This document shows, one piece after another, positions 35,493 through 35,516 of a stretch of DNA of 35,516 nucleotides. Both the position numbers and the translations under genes were made by a program. Source of the stretch: an uncultured Caulobacterales bacterium (GTDB lineage Bacteria; Pseudomonadota; Alphaproteobacteria; Caulobacterales; Parvularculaceae); NCBI GenBank assembly GCA_964432075.1, contig CAYSMJ010000005.1, positions 1 through 35,516 on the forward strand. Direction: 5' to 3'. The notes beneath the pieces are model-generated. The model was not told where the DNA came from. It saw nothing but the letters and a program-made list of their open reading frames with translations, and did not search any database. The first letter of the stretch is position 1. Every line of letters starts with the position of its first letter.

Positions 35493-35516
35493 GTACCATA
35501 TTCGTGTGCATTTCTC

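Noticed and set aside
1-35516. Screen for CRISPR arrays, IS or transposase ends, integrases, reverse transcriptases and known defence or toxin-antitoxin genes
   Set aside because: I saw no regularly spaced direct repeats, no terminal inverted repeats flanking an ORF, and no ORF with motifs of these families.

Overview
Chromosomal segment of a Gram-negative bacterium, probably an alphaproteobacterium (weak inference from gene content only). From about 1.2 to 21.0 kb there is a dense catabolic cluster. It holds three alpha-only Rieske oxygenases, four SDR oxidoreductases, and an HMG-CoA-synthase-like::DUF35 fusion next to a frameshifted SCP-x-type thiolase. It also holds an acyl-CoA ligase flanked by two ABM-domain proteins, two tandem VOC proteins, SnoaL/NTF2, AhpD/CMD-like and GST-like proteins, a TonB-dependent receptor and a single TetR regulator. 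The most striking signal not explained by genes is a ~26-bp imperfect palindrome (AAAAACAA-N10-TTGTTTTT type). It occurs six times, always in a promoter-containing gap of this cluster, including the gap just upstream of the TetR gene, so it is a candidate operator set defining one regulon. A second, unrelated TTTTCG/CGAAAA repeat array, including a perfect 19-bp palindrome, lies upstream of another operon. The right third carries tRNA-Arg(CCT), an OMF-MFP-RND efflux operon, tRNA-Ser(GGA), a small membrane protein, an Atm1-like ABC exporter, valS, two small hypothetical genes and tRNA-Leu(CAG). The OMF has an Asp-rich insertion. There are signs of gene decay: a frameshifted thiolase, a 5'-truncated saccharopine-dehydrogenase-like gene abutting an unrelated partial ORF with dockerin-like repeats, and a thiolase-fold domain with no Cys in the segment where the nucleophile normally sits. 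A compact C-rich sRNA candidate ending in a strong intrinsic terminator lies between the RND operon and tRNA-Arg. I saw no CRISPR array, IS element, integrase, reverse transcriptase or recognisable defence or toxin gene. I cannot point to a clearly novel multi-gene system beyond the operator-linked catabolic regulon. All family assignments come from motif recognition by eye, not database searches.
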